A DNA stretch of 64,000 nt from Lama guanicoe (taxonomy: Eukaryota), in the NCBI GenBank assembly GCA_013239625.1, contig MU054323.1:2108001-2172000 (forward strand), read 5' to 3'. Positions 41,004-51,430 of the stretch are shown piece by piece; the first letter of the stretch is position 1, and each line of letters opens with the position of its first letter. The position numbers and the translations under genes are program-made. The notes below the pieces were generated by a model. The model made no database searches, was not told where the DNA came from, and saw only the letters and a program-made list of their open reading frames with translations.

Positions 41004-41659
41004 TCTGTCTGTTGTTTAAACATGAGTCTTTAGATTAGGTTTGTGGTTTCCTCCCATGCTGCCACTAGGCCCTAAAACTACTTTCTCCTCACAACTAGTG
41101 GAGGTGTCATTTGTTTCTGCCTGGTTATGATGTTATTGTATAATATTTGTTTAAGTTATATAGGGGATCAGAGCTGTAAGTACTATACATTTCAGTGTAA
41201 GTTCCGAGAACCTTACTTTCTCTGTTAAAGTCATGCCCCCTAACTGCCCAAGAGCATCTTGACTTTCTTAATATGCTGTGTTTGGGGCAAGAGCAGCTAA
41301 ACTGAATTTCATCTCATTTTATTACGGTGTTTTATTTCTACTGCTTGGAATTGTAAGCTCATTATTGCTTCTGGTTACCACTCCTTCTATGGAGGGAACA
41401 AAACTTTCTGTTACAGGTCTCAGGATTAGGACTCCACTTGGGGAAGCTCAACATTTCAAATTTGGGGCTGCAGTCTTTTCCTCAACAGTGTGGAAGCTTC
41501 TTTGAAAGTGTAAACTAATCTGAGGTTGACTTGAAAAGGGCAAGAAAGACAGGGGTGGACTAGGAATTATAAGGAAACCTGGATGAGATCCCAAGTGTTG
41601 GCATGGGTCTTTCCCTGCCATCCAGAGTCCTGGAGGGCCAAAGACAGCTTTCAGAGTAC

Positions 41660-41827
41660 CTTGACAAAGCGGAACGCGGGCCCTGGGGTCAGGACGACAT
41701 TCTCATTATTAAGCTGATATTCCATGTACTTTTCCAGACCCTCTTCCTCGTAGATTTTCCTGCCGTCCACCATGTTGAAGAGCGCCCGGGATGACACAGC
41801 GATGGTGATGGCATGCTTGGGTTTGGG
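41660..41827 (-). CDS. NT5C1B: NT5C1B exon 6 ([19 protein letters not shown]...PGPAFRFVK), start of the cN-I catalytic domain
   Basis: Acceptor ctgcag|, donor AAG|gtactc, 168 nt; carries the cN-I family motif IAVSSRALF. Confidence 0.95.
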
Positions 41828-42130
41828 CTGCAGAGAGGGACATCAACAAGAGGACAGTCACACAGACCCGAAGGGATCAGGAATGGGGCTCAGCACAGGA
41901 CAGAGTGGGAAGAAAGCAGTTGGGTCCCTGCTTGGAGGACTGGGATGCTGGAGACAGCCAAGGGCTCGGACCTGGAGGTGGCAGTGCAAAGGGAGAGGTT
42001 TAGGGAGGAGAAGCAAAGGGCTGGGCCAGACTTCCCTAGACACATGGAAACGAGGGAGGCTGAGAGAGGCTCAGCCTCGTGGCTGCGTGAAGGGACAACC
42101 CCGGCACCAGGAAAGGCGGGTCCTGCTCAC

Positions 42131-42601
42131 CGGCCGGGGGCGAGAGCAGCTCGGTGTCTTCTCATACAGCGTTTTCACGGATGCCCAATAGGCATTGTCC
42201 TCGTCCTCCTCTTCCTCTAGCTGCCTGGCCAGGTCGGACATACAGTCGCGGTCCAGCTGGGAAGGGTAGAGCATCCTGCGCTGGGCATAGGGCTTCCATT
42301 CGGTAGGGGGCGTGCGAGGATACTCCCGCTGCTGCGTATCTCGGGAGTCCCGGGACTCCCGCTTGTCTCGGGACTCTCGGCTTTCCCGCCCCCCGGCATG
42401 AGACCAGGCGTCGGAATTCTCAGTGAGCTTGGTGCTGCGCCGGGACGCGGACGGGAGCTGGAGCTCGGGCGGCGTGGAAGGACGGGAGTCGAGCGGCATG
42501 GTTGGCGTGGGCGGCGAGGGCTGCGCTGACAGCGGCTGCGGCGACTCTTGATGGCTAGGGGAGGTGGATGAAGTCCCGGAGCTTGTGGAGCTATTGGGGG
42601 G
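42131..42601 (-). CDS. NT5C1B: NT5C1B exon 5, Pro/Ser/Arg-rich low-complexity region (PPNSSTS...AYWASVKTLYEKTPSCSRPRP)
   Basis: Acceptor ttcttgctccag|, donor CCG|gtgagc, 471 nt, phase 0-0; inside ORF 42071..42658. Confidence 0.92.
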
Positions 42602-43639
42602 CTGGAGCAAGAAAGTGGGCTTCTGAGTTCGATGCTCGCCCAGGGTCCCTGTCCTCATCTCTGGCCAGCTGGAGTCAAGGAGCTACTCCCTTCTCTCTGT
42701 GCCATTCCTAGCCCTTAGAAGGATCCTGGTTCATCTCAGCTCCTTTAAGTAGGGCTTAAAGGGGCTCAGATGCTTCAAATATTAGACATTTCTGTTACAG
42801 GGACACAGAGACAGACTGCTTTTATTTTCCCCCAGTTGTCCCATCAGCACCTCACAATTTTTTATTTGTTTTCTGTTTGAGTAGATAGGGTGGGGGACCT
42901 CTTCCTTGCCCTTAGGTAACTAGCAAAGGTGTCACTTTCTTCTGATAAACCTGCTCAGCCAGAGACCTCCAGGTAGGACAGAGGGCTTAAGTAAGGGACC
43001 TTGCTTGGCACTGCCTCCTTCTGTGACCTCCAGTTAACTCGGTGAGCAGCTAGACTGCAAGTTCCCACCAGAAGGCTCTACAAAGCACCTCGGGGGTATC
43101 TGCCTGCACATTTGCCCTGTAATTAATGCAGTGAGTGCTGGGAAGGTCTGTGGGCTGGAAAATCAGGTGTCTCCCCATCACCTTCAGAGCTTCCTGTGCC
43201 AGTGAAGCTCAGCTGGAGAGAATCATCTTCCTAAATAGGAAGGAATGGTTCTGGAGAAAGGACTCCTTCACTAAGGTGTGGGATAGATGGTTAAGCATCC
43301 ATGTATTATTTCAGTTTTTATGATTGTTTCACATGTTTCAAAAGGCATGTTAGGTTAGGTTACTGTGCCAGTCCTCACAGGGACAGATAGTGGGAACACA
43401 TATTCTCTCAGTAGCTGGGCCTGTGTCACTCTCTGAATCCAAAAACTCATTCTCACAACAAACTTTTTCTTCTTTCGTGGTTGGGCCTAGCTAAGGACTC
43501 AGAGCATCACACAATCTAGCACTCTTGGACAATCTATCTCCTTTGTTGACCTTTCCAGCCCCTCTTCTGTCTCTTGGGTACTCAATGAATAGTTTTTGAA
43601 TGTATGAAGGAAGGAAGGAGAAATGATAAGAGTTTAATC

Positions 43640-43830
43640 ATTAAATGTGCAGTTTTTAGACCTAGAGACCCTGGGTTTTAATCGAGCTCTATGAGCATTA
43701 CTACTGTGACATCTTAGGCAAGTTACCTATTTCAGTTTTCTTACTCTGGGGGGCTTAACTTGTGGGTTAAGTTAGCTAAACCGTATAAAGTACATAGAAC
43801 AGGGCCTGGCACATGGAAAGCATCAAGAAA
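43640..43830 (+). mobile_element. MIR SINE
   Basis: ttaggcaagttacc...cttagaacagggcctggcacat-like 3' end. Confidence 0.6.
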
Positions 43831-43882
43831 TGTTGTTGTTGTTGTTGTTGTTATTATTACTATTATTATTATTATTATTATT
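43831..43882. repeat. Compound (GTT)n(ATT)n microsatellite
   Basis: Directly visible. Confidence 0.95.
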
Positions 43883-43918
43883 CCATCGTGTGCTCCTCCC
43901 TTGCATCCCCATCTCTAC

Positions 43919-44056
43919 CTTAAGACTGTTGTTCCTGCTTCTGGGTTCGTCTACTGATGGAGCTTTGGTGGATGGGCTCCGAGAAGTTCGAGACCACTGA
44001 TTTCGGACTAGGTACCCTCGAGACCCTGTCTTCGGCAAAGATAATTCTTGTGATCC
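43919..44056 (-). CDS. NT5C1B: NT5C1B exon 4 (GSQELSLPKTGSRGYLVRNQW...RNNSLK)
   Basis: Acceptor ttaaaag|, donor AAG|gtagag, 138 nt, phase 0-0. Confidence 0.9.
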
Positions 44057-44659
44057 CTTTTAAGAAGAGAAGAAACCCAGAGGTGTAATGCCCTGCCACC
44101 CACCCCTTCTATGCATATGCTTATGAAATAGCCATGTCAGGCTAAATATAGCCATGCTCAATGACATGTTTCCTGCCCTCTATTCAACCCTGGCCCTTGT
44201 ATAGTGTTCTAGCTCTGGCCCAATCCTAACTTCTGTGAGGAGCAGTAAAGTGGGAATCCACCCAGAAGAGCATCCAAAATCAAGAAATAAGTCTGGTATC
44301 TCATAGTTTGTTCACCTGTGACTCCTCTTAGACAAAACGTAATAGAGTTGAACATTTTTCCTCCTCTTTCCCCACTTCTTTCCTTAAGAATGAGCCTATT
44401 AGCAGATGCTAAAAAGACAGAGTCAACATTTTTGACCAGACTACAAAGAGGAGGGCAGCTGGTCCCTAAACAAGGCTGCAGCAGGGCTCCAAGGCAGCGG
44501 CCTAAGAGGGAATAGCGCCCTCTAGCATTCCCTTTGGGAGGAACAGGATGGAGGAGACCACGGAGAGTCGAGTGGAAGGGTTTCTATTCCCGTGTCCTTC
44601 CCCTCACCCAGATTGCCCTGCGGCTCCCCTCCAAAATCAGTAGTTTGATCTCTGCTCAC

Positions 44660-44842
44660 CCTGATCGTGGTGATCTGCAGGCCCTGCTCCCACAACAGGC
44701 ACATGTGAATATAAATACGTATTGTGCGGCAGGGGCCAGGAAGTACTTTTCCCTCAGCTGCACAAAAGCAGCGTCTACACGACGAGTGACCCCGTATGGG
44801 ACAACATCTCAGCAAGTGATTCGGATTGACTGCACGCCTCAT
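44660..44842 (-). CDS. NT5C1B: NT5C1B exon 3, Cys-rich cassette exon (MRRAVNPNH...QITTIR)
   Basis: Acceptor tttcag|, donor AGG|gtgagc, 183 nt, phase 0-0; lies inside ORF 44522..44869; matches the long-isoform insert. Confidence 0.85.
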
Positions 44843-45153
44843 CTGAAAGATTGTGCAGAAAATGGTCAACGCGATGGCCAGACTCCCCTCCCCTCCCCGA
44901 CTTGAACAAAGACCAGTCTCCTCCCATAGGCTGAGCAGGGATTCTACACCACATATTCTACATGAGCATGGGGAGGGGAAGGCAGGGACCAGCTTCTAGT
45001 TTTTCCTTAACCTCTCCATGGGGACGTTAGCTCTCCCTTAATACAAATCTCCATAGCTCAGTCTTTTCTCCCCAAACTCCCCTGCCCCCTAATATTTTTT
45101 ATGATACTTTCTTCTCTTTAATTTTCTCACCAATGATAAAGTGAACAGCTTAC

Positions 45154-45246
45154 CTGAGTGCTCAGACGGACTCCAGATTTCTCAGAATCCTTTCTAGATT
45201 TGTCTGTTTCTAGGCTGTCTTTTGAGTACCTCGATCCAGTCTCACT
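45154..45246 (-). CDS. NT5C1B: NT5C1B coding exon 2 (SETGSRYSKDSLETDKSRKDSEKSGVRLSTQ)
   Basis: Acceptor attaag|, donor CAG|gtaagc, 93 nt, phase 0-0; resembles the human ...GVRLSNQ segment. Confidence 0.9.
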
Positions 45247-46169
45247 CTTAATATAGGAACAAAGAATGTTCATTAATTTTTAATCCAGAGACATTAGAAA
45301 TCTGGGGTTTGGGGAATAAAAGGATACATAAAAATTACAACTTGTCTCTTTGTCAATATCAAAGAAATATACATTTTAGACATTATTTTTCCCTTGTTTT
45401 AACAAGCATTAGTTAAAATAACACATTTCGGAAAACTAGATAAATGCATTTTTAATATAGAAATTTGTTGGTTCATGGATTTGAAGCATGAGGCATTTAT
45501 CATTTGAAAAATGATAACACGGGAAATGCTAGGGGAGAATTTTGCAGGGGTCAGCAGGACTTGGATTTTAAATGTGAAGTTGATCACACAGAATGACTTT
45601 TTTTTCCTCCATTACTCTGAAGATTGCTACTTATGGAACTTTTTCATTTGCTATATAGAGTTAAAACTTCTCCTGTTTTCTTAATAAACCATAGTTTCTG
45701 TGAATCTAGGGCTCATCAATAATAGTTTGATTTTTAAAATCAAGGACTTTAATCTTACATAGATCAATCAACAGGTGTCTTCTATTCCTATTATCTAACT
45801 ATTCAGCATCTAGAGTGATAAGAGTTTTCTTATTAACAGATTAGTAGGGAAGACCATGTAGGGAGGCACAGGAAGATGACTTATTTCATGGATACCTATT
45901 CAAATATTTGTTTTCATTTTCAATTGCAGGAAATACCATTGTATTGGCTCACTGTTTGTATCATTTCATGCCAATTCAGTAGTGATAATGCAGTCAAGAT
46001 TAGTGTTATTTATCTGTTTAAGGAGCTCAACTTCTAGCATAGACCAAGATGCTCAGGGGCAGTCTGTTAATCTCCCAGAAGAGATCTCATCAATATTCGT
46101 TGAATGATTGAATTTGTCTCTGCAGAAAATGGCATAGCTGTGTGGTCTTAGAATTAATCCTAAAATCTT

Positions 46170-46810
46170 TTCATCAACCCCTCACACCATCACCATAAAA
46201 TCCTGTCACTTCTAACTCAAAGATATTTAAAATCTAATCCCTCTTCTCCATTCCTATTACCATTGCCTTGTTCCAAGCCTCAGATCATCATGGGCCTACA
46301 TTCTTAGAATATAGCATTTTGATCAGATTTCATGGCCACAAATCCTCTCCACTTATAGATCCATCTACCCCAGGTATTTAGAGTGAATTTATAGAATGTA
46401 AGTCTACTTATGCTTCATTTCCAGATATACTCTTCATTCACTTGGTTAGAGCGACCAGGAGTCTCTTGATGTATCCCGTGGACCTCTAACTCTGTGTCCT
46501 CGACTTTATACTTTATGTTCTATTTATGCCAAATGATTGGTATTTGCCTGTATACCACCCTTATTTTCTTATAACCTCCTCTTCCCTCCAGTGTTCTTCA
46601 AAACCAAGCTCAGCATGACCTGGGAGAAGTTCCCAGTGTTAAACATTCCTGTGTGTTGCCTGTGTCTTTTGTACATACTTTTTCCGAGCACTGAATTGTA
46701 CTTTGTTTATGTATTCTCTTTCCTACTAGGCTGTGCATTCTTCAAAGATAGCAACTGTGTTTTCACCTCTTACCACTAACATATGAGCATTTGCTCAGTA
46801 AATGCTGACT
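46170..46810 (+). mobile_element. LINE-2 remnant in NT5C1B intron 1
   Basis: Pyrimidine-rich L2-like phrases ending gctcagtaaatgc. Confidence 0.5.
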
Positions 46811-47013
46811 TATTAGACAGACTTATACCACATGCTTTAAACTCCTTTTTCTCCACTCTTCATTTCCTTTACTTCTCCTTTTTTTTTCCGCTATGTGTGG
46901 TCGTCCTCTGAAATTATCTAATTGTTGCAGAGCATTCCCAGAGGCAAATGATGGACTGATAGCTGAATTTTCTGAGCTCTTTGGCAAGATTCTAGGACGT
47001 TCAATTCACTGAC

Positions 47014-47046
47014 CTTCTTTTTCTGTTTTAGAGATGTTTGACTCAT
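47014..47046 (-). CDS. NT5C1B: NT5C1B coding exon 1 (MSQTSLKQKKK)
   Basis: ATG at 47046, 33 nt, donor AAG|gtcagt; the peptide matches the recalled NT5C1B N-terminus MSQTSLKQKK. Confidence 0.9.
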
Positions 47047-47959
47047 TTCTTTAACTATTGAAATTCTTTTGTTGTTATGCAGGTTTTCCTCTCCCCAGCT
47101 CCATTTCCTGTTGTTTCTGTTGCCCAGTCTAGGTTTACATTTAGAATGTGAAATTTATGACATCATATGTGATTCCTTAGTAACTGACTCTGTGAGTCTG
47201 TGACTGTGAAAAAAAAAAAAAGAAAGAAATAGTATTTCTTATTTGAGCACATCCACTCATAACCATTGGGTTTTTAGGAATCAATGTCTGAATGATATTT
47301 AAATGTTTAATATATAGCAATATCAGTATTACTACTTCCTTCTTTTTAAATCTCTGTTAACATTACTGTGTTACTCATCATATCAATCCCATTTGTGACT
47401 GTACATTTTCAGGTACTGCCAAAATGAGTGGCAAACTCATTTGTGGATCCGATCATTTATTGTTGTTCATCCTGACAGATTTTGGAGAACTTTCTGAAAA
47501 TTTGGAGACTATTGTTGACAGCTGAGATCTTGTTCTAGACACAAAGTTTAGACTGGAGTTTAGCTTTAGTATGTGGTGTTCCTTCCATAAAGGCCATTTC
47601 CATTCATTAAGTCAAAGCACTTTCCCTATGGCTAGACATAGTGTGTCAGAATGATACTTGCATTGTTTTTCCTGCTGTTTGCTCCATCCTTAAACATTTA
47701 AACACACATCTGTCCCTCTTGTGTACACACAGAGAAGAATATGTAAAATCTAGTCCCTGACTATGGTTTATAAGGTCCAATAACATTCTTCATTTATGGT
47801 TCTGATTTTAGGTAAGAGACATGTGTCATGCCAACCTGAGTTGGTCAAACCACCATAAACTGAGACAGGTTTCTGAGCTCTTCATGGGATTTGATAACTT
47901 AGTTTGAATATTAGGAGAATTTTTTGACAGCTTTAATCAAAGTTATCCAAGGGATCTTC

Positions 47960-48205
47960 TAGCTAGTTAAATATGTAGGCTCTGGGTTAGACGGCCTAGG
48001 TTTGAATCCTTTAAGACCCCCTCCCCCTTATCGCACTGTGGTCCCGGGCAAGTTGTTTAATTGTCCTAAATCTCAATTTCCTCATTCATAAAATGGAGAT
48101 AATGATGGTATTAACATCAAATGGTAGCTGTGATGGTTGAAATATTATAAAGTATTTAAGACAGTGATTGGCATTCATAAGTGGTTAACAAATGTTAGCT
48201 ATTAC
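47960..48205 (+). mobile_element. MIR SINE
   Basis: gggcaagttgtttaa...ctcaatttcctcattcataaaatggagataatg. Confidence 0.75.
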
Positions 48206-49879
48206 TTTTATTTATAATTTTGCTACAGTTATACTACAAAGTTCAAATAGAAGAGTCTTTAACTAACTTAATCTACACTGCAATCCAGTTATAGGAACAG
48301 AAGATAAAAAATATGTACTGTTCATTTACATGTATAACCAGTCGAATATCAGCACAGTGATTCTTCCCGTATCCTAAAGTCTGCAGTCTTAGCAGATACT
48401 GCAGAGTGACTTGTGGGATGTGGTTCCCACTTGGCCATCCTTCTGCTATTTCTTATTTTCTTCAATGATTGTGATATTATTCAGAATTTCTGGAGGCACT
48501 AGTACACTCCAGTTTAGCCAGGAGTTTTTCATAACAGAGTAATACAAGTAGTAATACAACTATCACTATTGCTATGAGGAATACAACTTGACACCAGTGC
48601 CATGGGAAGACCCCAAAGAATATTTTTCTTCACACGGCCACCTTGCCCCACCCTGATCTGTAGAAATGTTGTGTGTAGAAATGCTCTTCTGACTTCATAG
48701 ATTTTTCTTCTCTGAGTCTAAAGGTACACAAGTTACTAGTATGTCTGAATGTCAATAGCATTTATTAATATTTTAAAGTGCTTTTATAGATATGCAGATA
48801 GGTTCTGAGGTAATGAAAATTTGTGAAAATTAGAGAGTTAGATAAAAAGAGACATCTGTGAACTCACTATCCTGACAGTCATAATTAGAATTTTATTCCT
48901 CTGAAATTTTTTATCCATTTGTTTAAAGTTTAACCTTTCCTCCTTTGTAAAATATTGTTAGAATTATATTATATGTATGTGTATATATATATGTACACAA
49001 AATTCAGTATCCTGATTTTCCCAAATAATATTAACATAAATATTTTCCATGCTGTTACTTGATTTGAGTAATCATAAATTTATTGATGCCAAAATGTTCT
49101 AGAGGGGATACACTACAATTTGCATAAGTATTTCCCCACTATTGAATATTTAGGGGATCTCCAAGTTTTTGCTATTATAAATCCTATTTTCTTGAGTATC
49201 TCCTTTCTTTAAAGTACAAGTTCCTGAATACAAAAATCTTTCTTTCCACAATGATTAGTACATTCAAAATAGAGTTGGATGATTAATAGAATCTCCAAAT
49301 TGACGTATCCAAATTGGAACTCTTGATTTCAACCCAGCAAACCAGCTTCCTGCTTAGTGTTTGTCATGTCAATAAGTATTATCTCATGCACCCAAATCCT
49401 ACCTCTGTTAGTCAATATAGTTTCATCACTTCATCAAATTTCAGTTTTGTTGCCCTCAAAATTGCAATAGTAACATCTACCTGTCAGGCTGTAAGGATGG
49501 TAGGTAGTATAATAAGGTATATAGCAATAATAGATAAGTGTGTATTATCTTTTTTTTAGTGAATTATGAACGTGAATTTTGCTAAAAGCAAAATTGTGTT
49601 GCTATCAGGAGTGCCTTACCAACCGGGCATGCTATTATGGCATAACCAGACTGTCAGACTGAAAATGAGAACACATGGTATAATGATATTTCCAATCAAG
49701 ACTATCTTAGAAAATATAATACAATTAGTAATGGACATTCTCCATGTCACAAAATGGATAGCTTGGGGCATATTAGGCCCTGATATTAGTCAACACAGTT
49801 GTACCTTTTCTGAGACAACAGAATGGGTTGTGGAAAAAGAAAGACTGAGATTTTCTTATTGCCTCCATCTGCCACTTGA

Positions 49880-50523
49880 ATTGGCTGCTGTGTAACAAAT
49901 CACCACACATTAGGAACTTCAAAACCATCTATTATCTCATAGTTCCTCAGGCTAGAAGTCTAAGTGGGTTTCTGCGCGGGGTCTCCTAAGGCTGGAACCA
50001 ATATATGAGCCAGGAGGGGCCCTTTTCTGGAAGCTCTGGGGAAGAATCTGCTTCTAAGCCCATTGATATTGTTGGCAGAATTCAGTTTCTTGTGACTGTA
50101 GGGCTAGGACCAGGTTGCTGGATGTTAGCCAAGGTTTACTCTCAGCTCCTAGAGGCCATTCTCAGATCTTTGCCCCAGGGCCCCCTGTCTCATTAATGGA
50201 GAACCCCCCTTGTGTTGAATTCCTCTTGTGTTTTGAATGTCTCTGTCTTTCTCTTCTGTTAACAGACAGAGGAAATGCTTTGTTTTTAAAGAAATCACAT
50301 GATTAGGTTATGCCCACTGGAAAACTCTCTTTTTAAATTAACCCAGGGTCAACGGATGAGAAAACTTAATTGTAGCTACAAAAGCCCTTTTGCCATATAT
50401 GATAACATACTCATTTGTGAAAGTGATGTCCCACTGTATTCACAGTGGAGGGTATTATTTAAAGGTGCGGGTCTTTTGCGGGGGTGAGTAGGGAGAAGGC
50501 ATCTTAGAATTCTGCTGACTTCA
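49880..50523 (-). mobile_element. MaLR LTR (MLT1E-like)
   Basis: gctgctgtgtaacaaatcaccac...ggcagaattcagtttcttgtg...catcttagaattctgc. Confidence 0.75.
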
Positions 50524-51226
50524 CTCGTTTAACTGACTTTACCTTAGTGAGTTTTCAAAACAGAGAACTAAATGGGTAAAACCCAGGCTTGCAAATTGTT
50601 GACCACTATTGTCTACCTCAAGGAAAACGGGCTAGCTGGGGCTCCTTTGGGTACTTGATTTAAATACATTTCCTGTTTTTTGAGAATATAGGCTGGGAAA
50701 ATTAACAGTTGGGGAGGTGTCTAAGGTTGTTCTTAGTTCCCTTGGATTCATGTGTTTGGGTATTTTTGGTGGAGTGGTAGACTTATCCCTACAGCCCTCT
50801 GGTAGTCTGTGATCATTGAGACAGGTGTGAAACAGACCTGGGAGCACCTTGACAACTAAATAAGGCATTTATGCACTCAACAATGTGTTATTTGGAATAG
50901 TCCTAAAAACAGACATGAGGACAGAGTGATATGCCCTTCTTAGGTCCTTTCTGTAGAAGCAGGGGCATCTGTCATGATTGGCTTTCAAAATATACATCTG
51001 AGATACCAATGTTAGTTTTGGAGTCAAATAAACCTGCATTTAAAGATCAGCCCTGGTACTAGCCTCTTGGTTAATCTTGGCAAGTCCGTTAACATCTCTG
51101 AGTCTTGTTTTTCATTCTATAAAATGGGCATTATGATATCTAGATTGAGAGGTTTTTTTTTTTAAACAAAATTGGAAGAATATATGTATATTGCTTGTAA
51201 TGTGCCTGGCCCAGAGTTCCTGGTTC

Positions 51227-51430
51227 TGTGGCCGACTGAGTCATATACAGTATTTTGCAGCCATTCTCATCAGCAAGCGGAGTCTGTTTCCCACCCCTTG
51301 GAATCCAGGCCTGCCTGTGACTTGCTTTATCTGACATAATGCTGGGGAAGTAATATGTGAATCCCTAGAGCCTAGACCCTCAAAGGCTTGCAGTGACTGC
51401 TTTTCCCCTTTTGAAATGCTGCTGTCATAG
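51227..51430 (+). mobile_element. MaLR LTR fragment (MLT1G/H-like)
   Basis: gagtctgtttcccaccccttggaatc...tgtgacttgcttt motif. Confidence 0.6.

Noticed and set aside
41772..42220. Plus-strand ORFs of 135-139 aa antisense to NT5C1B exons 5-6
   Set aside because: GC-rich antisense shadows with no homology or splice support
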